Shown here: piece after piece, positions 16,173 to 24,000 of the stretch | How the letters are laid out: the number at the start of each line of letters is the position of its first letter | Numbering within the stretch: the first letter of the stretch is position 1 | DNA from: Clostridia bacterium | GTDB taxonomy: Bacteria > Bacillota > Clostridia > Christensenellales > CAG-138 | Reading direction: 5' to 3' | Assembly: GCA_017554455.1 (NCBI GenBank) | Contig: JAFZIH010000001.1 | Span: forward strand, 9 to 24,008 | DNA length: 24,000 nucleotides | Notes under the pieces: model-generated | What the model saw: only the letters and a program-made list of their open reading frames with translations | Databases searched by the model: none | What the model was told of the DNA's origin: nothing | Program-made: the position numbers and the translations under genes

Positions 16173-16202
16173 ACGATACCGCGAAAACGGTGCCTTTGTC
16201 AA
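16173..16202 (-). promoter_or_regulatory. Putative promoter of the gcv operon riboswitch leader
   Basis: Minus strand TTGACA (16202-16197), 18-bp spacer, TATCGT (16178-16173); 3' edge about 40 nt before aptamer 1. Confidence 0.5.
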
Positions 16203-16267
16203 GAGGGAAAAGCAGCCGCGCGGGAAAATGTTCTTATTAATTTAACACAATCCAAACGGAAGCGCGG

Positions 16268-16307
16268 TTGCTTTTTTTACATACCTATGCTATGATACGA
16301 TTATAAT
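16268..16307 (+). promoter_or_regulatory. Putative promoter(s) of the surface glycan operon
   Basis: Two overlapping candidates: TTGCTT (16268-16273)-17 bp-TATGAT (16291-16296), and TATAAT at 16302-16307 with a poor or over-spaced TTTACA (16276-16281). Confidence 0.5.
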
Positions 16308-16373
16308 ACTATCATTGCAGAAGTGCGCCCTTTGATTCGACACATTCTGCAAATCGTGCAAAACGGAGCGGAA

Positions 16374-16985
16374 ATGTATCAAAAATACTGGAAACGAATA
16401 CTGGATATCGTTTTATCGGGACTTGCGATCCTGATTCTCTCTCCGTTGTTTGCCGTGATCGCGATCTGGATCAAGCTGGATTCCAAAGGGCCGGTGCTGT
16501 TCCGGCAGACGCGTATCGGCATTCACAAGACGACGTTTGAGATCCTGAAATTCCGCACCATGAAGGCGGAAGCGCCGAACAATGTTCCGACGCACATGTT
16601 TTCCGATTCGCATTACTGGATCACGCGGGCGGGGCGGATTCTTCGCAAGGCGAGCGTAGACGAGCTTCCCCAGCTTTTTCAGATCTTCACCGGCAAGATG
16701 TCGATCGTGGGACCGCGCCCCGCGCTCTGGAACCAGTACGACCTGATCGAGGAACGCGACAGATACGGCGCGAACGACATTCGTCCCGGCTTGACCGGCT
16801 GGGCGCAGGTCAACGGGCGCGACGAGCTTCCTGTTGACGTGAAGGCACGATATGACGGGGAATATGCAGCGCACGTGACCTTCGGCATGGATATGAAATG
16901 TATATGGAAAACGGTTTCCACGGTCATAACGCGCAAGGGCTTCAGCGAGGGCTCGGACGACGGTGAACGAAAGAAGGAAGAATGA
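16374..16985 (+). CDS. Sugar transferase (undecaprenyl-phosphate sugar phosphotransferase family, short form)
   Basis: MYQKYWKRILDIVLSGLAILILSPLFAVIAIWIKLDSKGPVLFRQTRIGIHKTTFEILKFRTM...SVDELPQLFQIFTGKMSIVGPRP...RPGLTGWAQVNGRD. Confidence 0.93.
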   Translation: MYQKYWKRILDIVLSGLAILILSPLFAVIAIWIKLDSKGPVLFRQTRIGIHKTTFEILKFRTMKAEAPNNVPTHMFSDSHYWITRAGRILRKASVDELPQLFQIFTGKMSIVGPRPALWNQYDLIEERDRYGANDIRPGLTGWAQVNGRDELPVDVKARYDGEYAAHVTFGMDMKCIWKTVSTVITRKGFSEGSDDGERKKEE

Positions 16986-17800
16986 AGCGGATCCTGATCA
17001 CCGGTGCGGGCAGCTATATCGGTACGCATATTGAGGCGTATCTTTTGCGCTTTCCGGAACGGTATGAAACAAACACGCTTCCGATGCAGTCGCATACGCC
17101 CGATGAATACGATTTTCACGGCGCGGATGCGGTTATTCACGTTGCGGCGATCGTGCACCGAAAAGAAACGAAGGATTCACAGCCGCTCTATGACGCGGTG
17201 AATCGCGATCTCGCTGTCGCCGTCGCCGAAAAGGCAAAGCGCGAGGGCGTAAAGCAGTTCGTGTTTTTCAGCACGATGGCGGTTTACGGCATGACGGAGG
17301 GCACGATCAACAGGGAAACGGCTTTGAACCCCAAAACACAGTATGCGCGTTCGAAGCTTTCTGCGGAACGGCGCATCGCCGCGCTTTCGGACGATACGTT
17401 TTTCGTTTCGATCCTGCGTCCGCCGATGGTGTTCGGTCCCGGCGCAAAGGGGAATCCCGCACGCCTTGAACGGCTTGCGAAAAAACTGCCGTTCTGTCCG
17501 GATTTTGAAAACCGCCGCAGCATGGTGTCGATCGAAACACTGTGCGGGGCGGTAGAGGCGCTTCTGGACGTTCCGCGCGCCGGCGTCTTTTTCCCGCAGG
17601 AGCCGAAACCGCTCGCAACGCGCGAGCTGATCGAACGTGCGATGCGGGAGCAGGGCAGAACGCCGAAGCGGTCAAAGCTTTTGAATCCCGCGATCCGCGT
17701 GCTGCGCAAATGTACGTCTGCGGGAAAGAAAGCGTTCGGGGACCTGGTATATGAGGATCTTACAGAGCTTCCGCTGCCGAACGGGGAGGAAACGAGATGA
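16982..17800 (+). CDS. NAD-dependent epimerase/dehydratase (SDR family)
   Basis: MKRILITGAGSYIGTHIEAYLL...DAVIHVAAIVHRKE...FFSTMAVYG...NPKTQYARSKLSAER...SILRPPMVFGPGAKGN. Confidence 0.9.
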   Translation: MKRILITGAGSYIGTHIEAYLLRFPERYETNTLPMQSHTPDEYDFHGADAVIHVAAIVHRKETKDSQPLYDAVNRDLAVAVAEKAKREGVKQFVFFSTMAVYGMTEGTINRETALNPKTQYARSKLSAERRIAALSDDTFFVSILRPPMVFGPGAKGNPARLERLAKKLPFCPDFENRRSMVSIETLCGAVEALLDVPRAGVFFPQEPKPLATRELIERAMREQGRTPKRSKLLNPAIRVLRKCTSAGKKAFGDLVYEDLTELPLPNGEETR

Positions 17801-18546
17801 CGCCGCGCATCAGTATCATCATACCTGCATACCGGTGTGAAAAGACCGTGGAGGACAGTGTCCGCTCAGCGCTTTCGCAAACGGTGCAGGACGTCGAGGT
17901 GATCGTTGCGGACGACGCTTCAAACGACGGCACGCCTGCGATCCTGTCCCGGCTTCAGGCAGAGGACGCCCGCGTCCGGGTGATCACGCTCCCGGAAAAC
18001 AAGGGCGTGGCAAACGCGAGAAACTGCGCGGTTGCGGCTGCAAGGGCGGATTGGATCGCCTTTCTGGACAGCGACGACATATGGGAAGCGGACAAGCTGG
18101 AACGTCAGATGAAAACGGCGGAGGAGACGGACGCGGCGCTCGTGTACACGGCGGCGGCATGCATCGACGAAAACGGGCAAAAGACCGGCAAGGTGTTTTC
18201 GGTTCCGCCGACGATCACAGCGGATAAGCTGCTGCGGTCGACCGATCTTGTCACAAGTACGGTCCTTGTTCGCAAAGTGCTGTATCTGGCACATCCGATG
18301 GAGCGGAGCGATCTGCACGAGGACCTGATCTGCTGGTACCGGATCCTACACGACGGCGCGAAAGCGGTCGGCATCAATGAGCCGCTGCTCCGGTACCGCA
18401 TCACGACCGGGTCCAAATCAGGCAACAAATGGAGATCCGCCGTGATGGCATGGAAATCGTACCGGTATCTGAAACTCGGGTTTTTCAAGGAGAGCTTCAG
18501 CTTTCTCGGCTATTGTCTGCACGGCGTCAGGCGGTACTGGCTATGA
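17797..18546 (+). CDS. Glycosyltransferase family 2 protein
   Basis: MTPRISIIIPAYRCEKTVEDSVRSALSQTVQDVEVIVADDASNDGT...WIAFLDSDDIWEADKLERQ. Confidence 0.93.
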   Translation: MTPRISIIIPAYRCEKTVEDSVRSALSQTVQDVEVIVADDASNDGTPAILSRLQAEDARVRVITLPENKGVANARNCAVAAARADWIAFLDSDDIWEADKLERQMKTAEETDAALVYTAAACIDENGQKTGKVFSVPPTITADKLLRSTDLVTSTVLVRKVLYLAHPMERSDLHEDLICWYRILHDGAKAVGINEPLLRYRITTGSKSGNKWRSAVMAWKSYRYLKLGFFKESFSFLGYCLHGVRRYWL

Positions 18547-19739
18547 AGGAATCCGTTTTCGCAAAGCTCCGGCGCATCCGCATGGGCGATATCGGACACT
18601 TCTTTCTGTTTTTGCTGGCGCTGCTGCCGGCGGCGATCTATAAACGGAAGCGGAAGCACCTGTGGCTGCTGTGCGAATATGCCGCGGAAGCGCAGGACAA
18701 TGCCTTTGCGCTGTTTCGGCATCTGAGAGCGCAGCATCCGGAGATCGACGCAGCGTATGCGATCCGGCGCCGCTCGCCGGCGTATGAAAAGGTCGCGGCG
18801 GTCGGACCTGTCGTGCCGTTCGGAAGCATTCGGCATTGGGTGTACTACCTTGCCGCAGAGGTCAATATCTCGAGCCAGAAGGGCGGCAAGCCGAACGCCG
18901 CCGTGTGCTATCTCATGGAGGTCGTGCTGGGACTTCTCAAAAACCGGCGCGTGTTCCTGCAGCACGGGGTCACAAAGGACGATCTGCCGTTTCTGCATGA
19001 GGAGAACGCAAAGCTGAGCTTGTTCTGCTGTGCGGCAAAGCCGGAATATGAATTCATCCGCGATACGTTCGGCTATCCGGAGGGCGTGGTGCGGTACACA
19101 GGGTTCTGCCGGTTCGACGCGCTGCTTGATGCAAAGCCCGATCCTTCGCTTGTGCTGATCCTACCGACGTGGCGGATGTGGCTCGAACGCGACTGCAAAA
19201 CGGAGGAAGCGTTCCGCCGCTCCGAATACTATCGCGGCTGGCAGACGCTTTTGAATGATCCGGCGATCGACGCGCTGCTGAAGGAAAGCGGACGGCGCGC
19301 GATCTTCTGCGTGCACAGAAACGTCAGCCGGTTTGAGACATGCTTTACCTCGGCGTCGGAGCGCATCGAGATCAGAAAATGGAACGAGGTATCCGTTCCG
19401 GAGCTGATAAAGCGGGCGGCGGTGCTCGTGACGGATTTTTCAAGCGTGTATATGGACTTTGCGTTCATGAAAAAGCCGGTCGTCTATTATCAGTTCGACC
19501 GGGAAACGTATCGGAAGGGACACCTTCCGACGGGATACTTTGATTATGAACGGGACGGATTCGGTCCGATCGCCGAAACCGTCCCCGAAGCGGCGAAGGC
19601 GATTTCCGCCGTCATTAAAAACGGATGCCGCATGGAGCGGCGGTATGAAGAACGGGTCGATCGGTTCTTCACCCTGCGCGACAGCGGGAGTTCGGAACGA
19701 ACGACCGAAGCGATCAAGGAGATGATTCAGAAAAGATGA
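18543..19739 (+). CDS. CDP-glycerol glycerophosphotransferase family protein (TagB/TagF-like)
   Basis: Start MKESVFAKLRRIRMGDIG overlaps the previous stop (ATGA). 'VFLQHGVTKDD', 'ILPTWRMWL', 'VLVTDFSSVYMDFAFMKKPVVYYQFDRETYRKGH' match the family C-terminal catalytic motifs. Confidence 0.88.
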   Translation: MKESVFAKLRRIRMGDIGHFFLFLLALLPAAIYKRKRKHLWLLCEYAAEAQDNAFALFRHLRAQHPEIDAAYAIRRRSPAYEKVAAVGPVVPFGSIRHWVYYLAAEVNISSQKGGKPNAAVCYLMEVVLGLLKNRRVFLQHGVTKDDLPFLHEENAKLSLFCCAAKPEYEFIRDTFGYPEGVVRYTGFCRFDALLDAKPDPSLVLILPTWRMWLERDCKTEEAFRRSEYYRGWQTLLNDPAIDALLKESGRRAIFCVHRNVSRFETCFTSASERIEIRKWNEVSVPELIKRAAVLVTDFSSVYMDFAFMKKPVVYYQFDRETYRKGHLPTGYFDYERDGFGPIAETVPEAAKAISAVIKNGCRMERRYEERVDRFFTLRDSGSSERTTEAIKEMIQKR

Positions 19740-20581
19740 AAAAATTTTTCAGACTGACAAAAGAGCGCTTTAAAAAGTTTTTCAAGTATTGGGATCTTCT
19801 GATGCTGCTTGTTCAGCGGGATCTGAAGCTGAAATACCGGAGAAGCTTTCTAGGATACCTTTGGAGCGTACTGAATCCGCTCTTGTCGATGATCGTGATG
19901 GCGATCGTCTTTACCAGAATGTTCAAACGGAATATCGAGAACTTTCCGCTGTACCTGATCTGCGGCAATATTCTGTTCTCGTTCATGCGCGATTCGACGA
20001 CGCAGGCGATGACCTCCGTGATCAGCAATGCGTCGCTTCTGAAAAAGACGTACGTGCCGAAATATATCTTTACGCTCAGTAAAGTTACAAGCTGTATGGT
20101 CAATTTCGTGCTGTCGCTCGGCGCGCTTTTCATCGTTATGATCGCGACCAAACAGCCGTTTCGCTGGATGAATTTTATGATCATCGTGCCGATCGTCGAA
20201 CTGTACGTCTTCTGCCTGGGACTCGGGCTGCTGCTGGCGGCGGGAACCGTTTTTTTCCGCGATATCAGGAACATCTGGAACGTCGTGACGCTTGCGTGGA
20301 TGTATCTGACGCCGATCTTTTATTCGCTGGACAGCTTCAACGATTCCAAGACAAAAGACATCGTCGACATGTCGAAGCTCGGTCTTTTCATCCGCCGGTT
20401 CAACCCGTTGTATATGTACATCCAGCAATTTCGATATTTCATCATGCAATATGAGAGCACGCTGGTCGAAGTCCCGTGCGGCGTGCTGATGTGGCGCGGC
20501 GCCGTCTGCGCAGGACTGATGCTGATCGTGGGTCTGATCACGTTCAACGCGACCAAGAACAAGTTTATCCTATATATTTGA
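19736..20581 (+). CDS. ABC-2 type polysaccharide/teichoic acid exporter, permease subunit
   Basis: LLMLLVQRDLKLKYRRSFLGYLWSVLNPLLSMIVMAIVFTRMF...; Wzm/TagG-type membrane topology. Confidence 0.9.
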   Translation: MKKFFRLTKERFKKFFKYWDLLMLLVQRDLKLKYRRSFLGYLWSVLNPLLSMIVMAIVFTRMFKRNIENFPLYLICGNILFSFMRDSTTQAMTSVISNASLLKKTYVPKYIFTLSKVTSCMVNFVLSLGALFIVMIATKQPFRWMNFMIIVPIVELYVFCLGLGLLLAAGTVFFRDIRNIWNVVTLAWMYLTPIFYSLDSFNDSKTKDIVDMSKLGLFIRRFNPLYMYIQQFRYFIMQYESTLVEVPCGVLMWRGAVCAGLMLIVGLITFNATKNKFILYI

Positions 20582-20590
20582 GGACGGCGT

Positions 20591-21385
20591 ATGGAACAGA
20601 TCTTAACGGAACAAGTAAAGCCGCAAGCGAAACAGCCGGAGGTCGTGATCCGAATCAGCGACGCTTCCGTCCGTTTCAACATTGCCGGGGAAAAGTTGGA
20701 CGACCTCAAGGAATTCTTCATCAAGCTTGTGAAGCGCGAACTGCGGTTCAAGGAGTTTTATGCGCTGAAAAACATCAATCTCACGATCCGCAAGGGCGAA
20801 TCATGGGCGCTGATCGGCTCAAACGGCGCGGGCAAGAGCACACTTCTGAAACTGATTTGCGGTATACTGACGCCGTACAGGGGAACCGTAACTGTCAAGG
20901 GTGAAATTGCGCCGCTGATCGAGCTCGGCGCGGGATTTGACCCAAACCTCACGGCAGAGGAGAATATTTTTATCAACGGCGCGATCCTGGGACACAGCCG
21001 CAAGTTCATGCGGGAACAGTATGAGTCGATCGTGGAGTTTGCGGAGCTTCAGGATTTCATGGCGCTGCCGATCAAAAACTATTCGAGCGGCATGCGCGCG
21101 CGTCTCGGCTTTGCGGTCGCAACGGTCACTGCCCCCGATATCCTGATCGTAGATGAGGTGCTTGCGGTCGGCGACGCGGCGTTCCAGCAAAAATGCCGCG
21201 ACAGGATCCGGGAGCTTTTGGGTCGCGGGACAACGCTGCTGTTTGTTTCGCATGCGAAACCGCCCGTGATGGAACTGTGCGAAAAAGCTGTATGGATGGA
21301 CCACGGCGAGATCAAAAAGATCGGCGCTACGGAGCATGTCTACTGGGCATATGAACAGTATCTGAATGAAATGAAGAATAAATGA
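20591..21385 (+). CDS. ABC transporter ATP-binding subunit for polysaccharide/teichoic acid export (Wzt/TagH-type, lacking an extra C-terminal domain)
   Basis: Walker A GSNGAGKSTLLKLICGI, signature YSSGMRARLGFAVA, Walker B ILIVDEVLAVGD, H-loop LLFVSHA. Confidence 0.93.
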   Translation: MEQILTEQVKPQAKQPEVVIRISDASVRFNIAGEKLDDLKEFFIKLVKRELRFKEFYALKNINLTIRKGESWALIGSNGAGKSTLLKLICGILTPYRGTVTVKGEIAPLIELGAGFDPNLTAEENIFINGAILGHSRKFMREQYESIVEFAELQDFMALPIKNYSSGMRARLGFAVATVTAPDILIVDEVLAVGDAAFQQKCRDRIRELLGRGTTLLFVSHAKPPVMELCEKAVWMDHGEIKKIGATEHVYWAYEQYLNEMKNK

Positions 21386-21412
21386 GAGTGAGTACGCGAG
21401 GCGCAGGGGTAT

Positions 21413-22507
21413 ATGGAACAGACGGAGAAACAGGAACAGTCAAAGAAAATGCCGACAGTCAGCATTGTCATACCGGTCTATAACGCCGAACGGTTTCTTT
21501 GGGCGTGTATCGACTCCATTCAGGCACAGACGTTCAAAGACTGGGAGGTCATTCTCGTCGACGACGGGTCGACCGACAACAGCCCGGCGATCTGCGACAG
21601 GATCGTGCGAAACGATAAACGGTTCAGCGTGATCCATAAGGAAAACGGCGGTGTTTCAAACGCGCGCAACGATGGAATCGAAGCGGCGACAGGCAAATAT
21701 CTGATGTTTGTGGACGCCGACGACAATCTCTACCCAACCTGTATCGAAAAGTTGATCGAAACCAAAGAGCTGTACCATACGGATCTTGTGCTCTGCGGAT
21801 ACGAGCGGTTCCGCGCAGACTGGAAGCAGCAGTATCTCTTTGCGCAGTATTCGGTCGTGCTCATGAAATCGCTGCCGGAATATCTTATGACCTTTACCGA
21901 GGCGCGCGTCAATCTTTTCGGCGTGTCGATCTGGGGGAAGCTGTATCGGATGGATATCATTCGGGACAACGAACTTCGCTTCGATCCGGAGATCACGTAC
22001 GAGGAGGACTGCGACTTCAACCTCCGATACTATGAGCATATCAGCTCAGTCGCGGCTGTTTCCGACGTGCTGTACCGGTATCGCCAATCGGACACGTCGC
22101 TTTCAAAAGCATATCGGAAGGACACGTTTCGGTTTCTCGTGCATGGGTTTAACAACCGCTGCGCGCTGCTGGAAAAGAACGGGCTCCATGAGCATCTGCC
22201 GAAACTGGAATCGATCCTGATGCTGGTCGTAAAGGCGACCTGCATCAAGATCGTCAGCGCAAATCTTACCGCAAAGGAACGGCTCGCGGAGTATCGCACG
22301 CTGATGTCTTTCCCGGAAACACTGCAGGCCGCGCGGTGCGAGATCCGACAGAAGTCCGGCATGACCAGAAAGATCGCGTTTGCGATCCGGCGCAAGAGTC
22401 CGCGCCTGCTTTGCCTGACGATGGACCTCTGGAAGATCGCCGATCGATTGATGGATCGGATAAACGCGATCCGATATCGGATCATGTACGGAAAAAAACA
22501 GGCATGA
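21413..22507 (+). CDS. Glycosyltransferase family 2 protein
   Basis: VSIVIPVYNAERFLWACIDSIQAQTFKDWEVILVDDGSTDNSPAICD...GVSNARNDGIEAATGKYLMFVDADD. Confidence 0.94.
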   Translation: MEQTEKQEQSKKMPTVSIVIPVYNAERFLWACIDSIQAQTFKDWEVILVDDGSTDNSPAICDRIVRNDKRFSVIHKENGGVSNARNDGIEAATGKYLMFVDADDNLYPTCIEKLIETKELYHTDLVLCGYERFRADWKQQYLFAQYSVVLMKSLPEYLMTFTEARVNLFGVSIWGKLYRMDIIRDNELRFDPEITYEEDCDFNLRYYEHISSVAAVSDVLYRYRQSDTSLSKAYRKDTFRFLVHGFNNRCALLEKNGLHEHLPKLESILMLVVKATCIKIVSANLTAKERLAEYRTLMSFPETLQAARCEIRQKSGMTRKIAFAIRRKSPRLLCLTMDLWKIADRLMDRINAIRYRIMYGKKQA

Positions 22508-24000
22508 AGGTCGGGATCATTACATTCCACTTTCCGTTCAACTACGGCGCAGTCCTGCAATGCTATGCGCTCAGCCGCAAGCTGGAATTGCTGGGCAATG
22601 AGCCGCAGGTCATCAACTATTGCCCGTGGTACCATCAAAACCGTTACGCGTCCTATAAAAACCCGTTCTATTATGCAAACAGGCAGCTGCACGCGCCGGC
22701 AAAAAATGTCTTTGTGCGCGTGCATAACGGGGTAAAAGGATTTCGCGATACGGTGCGCTCCTGGAAGGACGCAAAGCCGAAGCTTATACGCGAGGAAACG
22801 TTCGACGCGTTCCGGAAGGCAAATCTTCGCGAGACGCGGACGTACCGTTCGCTTCGCGCGCTGCGGCTGTCGCCGCCCAAATGCGACCTCTATATCGCCG
22901 GCAGCGACCAGCTGTGGAACAGCAAGCTGACCGACAATCGTTTCGATCCCGCCTATTTTTTACAGTTCGGACGCAAAAAAACAAAGCGCGCCACCTATGC
23001 GGTCGGGAGCTATTTTCAGGATCCGCAGGCGGCTAAGGCGGAGATCGCGCCGATGCTGCGCAAGCTTGACGCCATTTCGCTGCGGGAAATCAAGTTTTTG
23101 CCGGATGTGCGGGAAGCGTCCATGGGCGCTGTTCCGATCCATATTGACGTCGATCCGACGCTGCTGCTTCCGCCCGAAGCGTATGAAGCGCTGATGCCGA
23201 AGGAGCTGCCGGAACGGGATCCGTTCATTCTGGTCTATACCATGCCCGGCCCCGCGCAAAAGCAGGTCAATGAAGCGGCGAAAAAGCTTGCCGCCAAGAC
23301 GGAACTGAAACTCATCGACATAAACGGCAACCCGAACGCGGAGAACCGAAAGATAGAGGATCAAAGGATCTGTTCGCCCGGGGAATTTCTCTGGTACTTC
23401 AAAAACGCCGCGTTTATCGTGACCAACTCCTTCCACGGTACGGTTTTCTCGGTGCTGTTCAGGAAACGATTTGCGGTGATCCTGCACAAGGAGACCGGCA
23501 ATCGCGCTTCGGAGCTTCTGGATAAGCTCGGTCTTTCGCACCGCTATACGGATCAGACGAACGATGTCATGCGGATCCTCGGACTTGCTTCCGATTGGAA
23601 TGCGGCGCATGCGGCAATCGCGAAGCTTCGCGCAGAATCGGAACGGTATCTGCGATTTTTGTGCGGCGGGGATGAACGCCCGGCATTTCAAACCGGTCGG
23701 GACGCAGAATCACCGAGCAAAGCGGGACCGAAACAGCCGGAGGAACCCGAAAAGCCGCCGATCCTGCCGCCGCGGGAACGATGGACGCGCATACACAGTA
23801 CGGAACAGAAAGGAACGACCATGTATACCGACGACAAAAACGCGCAGATCGTGATCGCGCTGCTCAAGAAATACAACGTGAAAAAGATCGTCGTTTCTCC
23901 CGGCACGACAAACGCACCGATCGCACGCGCGGCGCAGACGGATCCGTTTTTTGAGGCGTATTCCGCGGTCGACGAGCGCGGCGCGGCATACCTTGCTGGC
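22504..24000 (+). CDS. Polysaccharide pyruvyl transferase family protein, apparently continuous in frame with a MenD-like thiamine-pyrophosphate enzyme N-terminus (3' end outside window)
   Basis: My codon-by-codon reading from ATG 22504 finds no stop to 24000 (499 codons). The first part is MKVGIITFHFPFNYGAVLQCYALSRKLELLGNEPQVINY...LYIAGSDQLWNSKL...AAFIVTNSFHGTVFSVLFRKRF. The last part is MYTDDKNAQIVIALLKKYNVKKIVVSPGTTNAPIARAAQTDPFFEAYSAVDERGAAYLAG. ATGA overlap with the preceding GT2 stop. Confidence 0.85.
   Translation, partial: MKVGIITFHFPFNYGAVLQCYALSRKLELLGNEPQVINYCPWYHQNRYASYKNPFYYANRQLHAPAKNVFVRVHNGVKGFRDTVRSWKDAKPKLIREETFDAFRKANLRETRTYRSLRALRLSPPKCDLYIAGSDQLWNSKLTDNRFDPAYFLQFGRKKTKRATYAVGSYFQDPQAAKAEIAPMLRKLDAISLREIKFLPDVREASMGAVPIHIDVDPTLLLPPEAYEALMPKELPERDPFILVYTMPGPAQKQVNEAAKKLAAKTELKLIDINGNPNAENRKIEDQRICSPGEFLWYFKNAAFIVTNSFHGTVFSVLFRKRFAVILHKETGNRASELLDKLGLSHRYTDQTNDVMRILGLASDWNAAHAAIAKLRAESERYLRFLCGGDERPAFQTGRDAESPSKAGPKQPEEPEKPPILPPRERWTRIHSTEQKGTTMYTDDKNAQIVIALLKKYNVKKIVVSPGTTNAPIARAAQTDPFFEAYSAVDERGAAYLAG

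Noticed and set aside
22030-22725. 231-aa minus-strand ORF (and 22960..23691 -) opposite the GT2/pyruvyl transferase region
   Set aside because: Antisense to strongly supported glycosyltransferase and pyruvyl transferase frames; no independent features.
1-24000. CRISPR arrays, tRNA/rRNA genes, transposases, prophage integration or a defence island
   Set aside because: By eye I saw no direct-repeat array with regular spacers, no tRNA-like clover sequence, no transposase, integrase or nuclease motifs. The only regular repeats are low-complexity linkers and GLUG-type protein repeats. A tool-based scan would be needed to exclude weak examples.

Overview
The window is a GC-rich chromosomal segment that looks like a Firmicutes/Clostridia-type genome, inferred from protein families and codon usage. 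From left to right it contains: (1) the 3' end of a + strand ORF with a Pro/Lys-rich linker; (2) a minus-strand block with a small acidic protein, a secreted NlpC/P60 hydrolase with four peptidoglycan-binding repeats, and an AlaX-like alanyl-tRNA editing protein coupled to an AEC-family transporter; (3) a divergent secreted protein with GLUG-like repeats, two cohesin-like segments and a C-terminal type I dockerin; (4) a minus-strand glycine cleavage operon preceded by a tandem glycine riboswitch with an intrinsic terminator (gcvT-gcvH-gcvPA-gcvPB-lplA-cysteine hydrolase-lpdA); (5) a + strand surface glycan operon (sugar transferase, epimerase, GT2, CDP-glycerol-type glycerophosphotransferase, ABC permease and ATPase, GT2, polysaccharide pyruvyl transferase). 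The strongest oddity is at the right edge. The pyruvyl transferase ORF has no stop codon and runs in frame through a proline-rich linker into a MenD-like thiamine-pyrophosphate enzyme N-terminus. The ORF track misses it because it leaves the window. Other points are a putative leaderless promoter for the AEC transporter, a second glycine aptamer with departures from the conserved core, and a cohesin-like/dockerin protein. I see no CRISPR array, tRNA/rRNA, mobile element or clear defence system.
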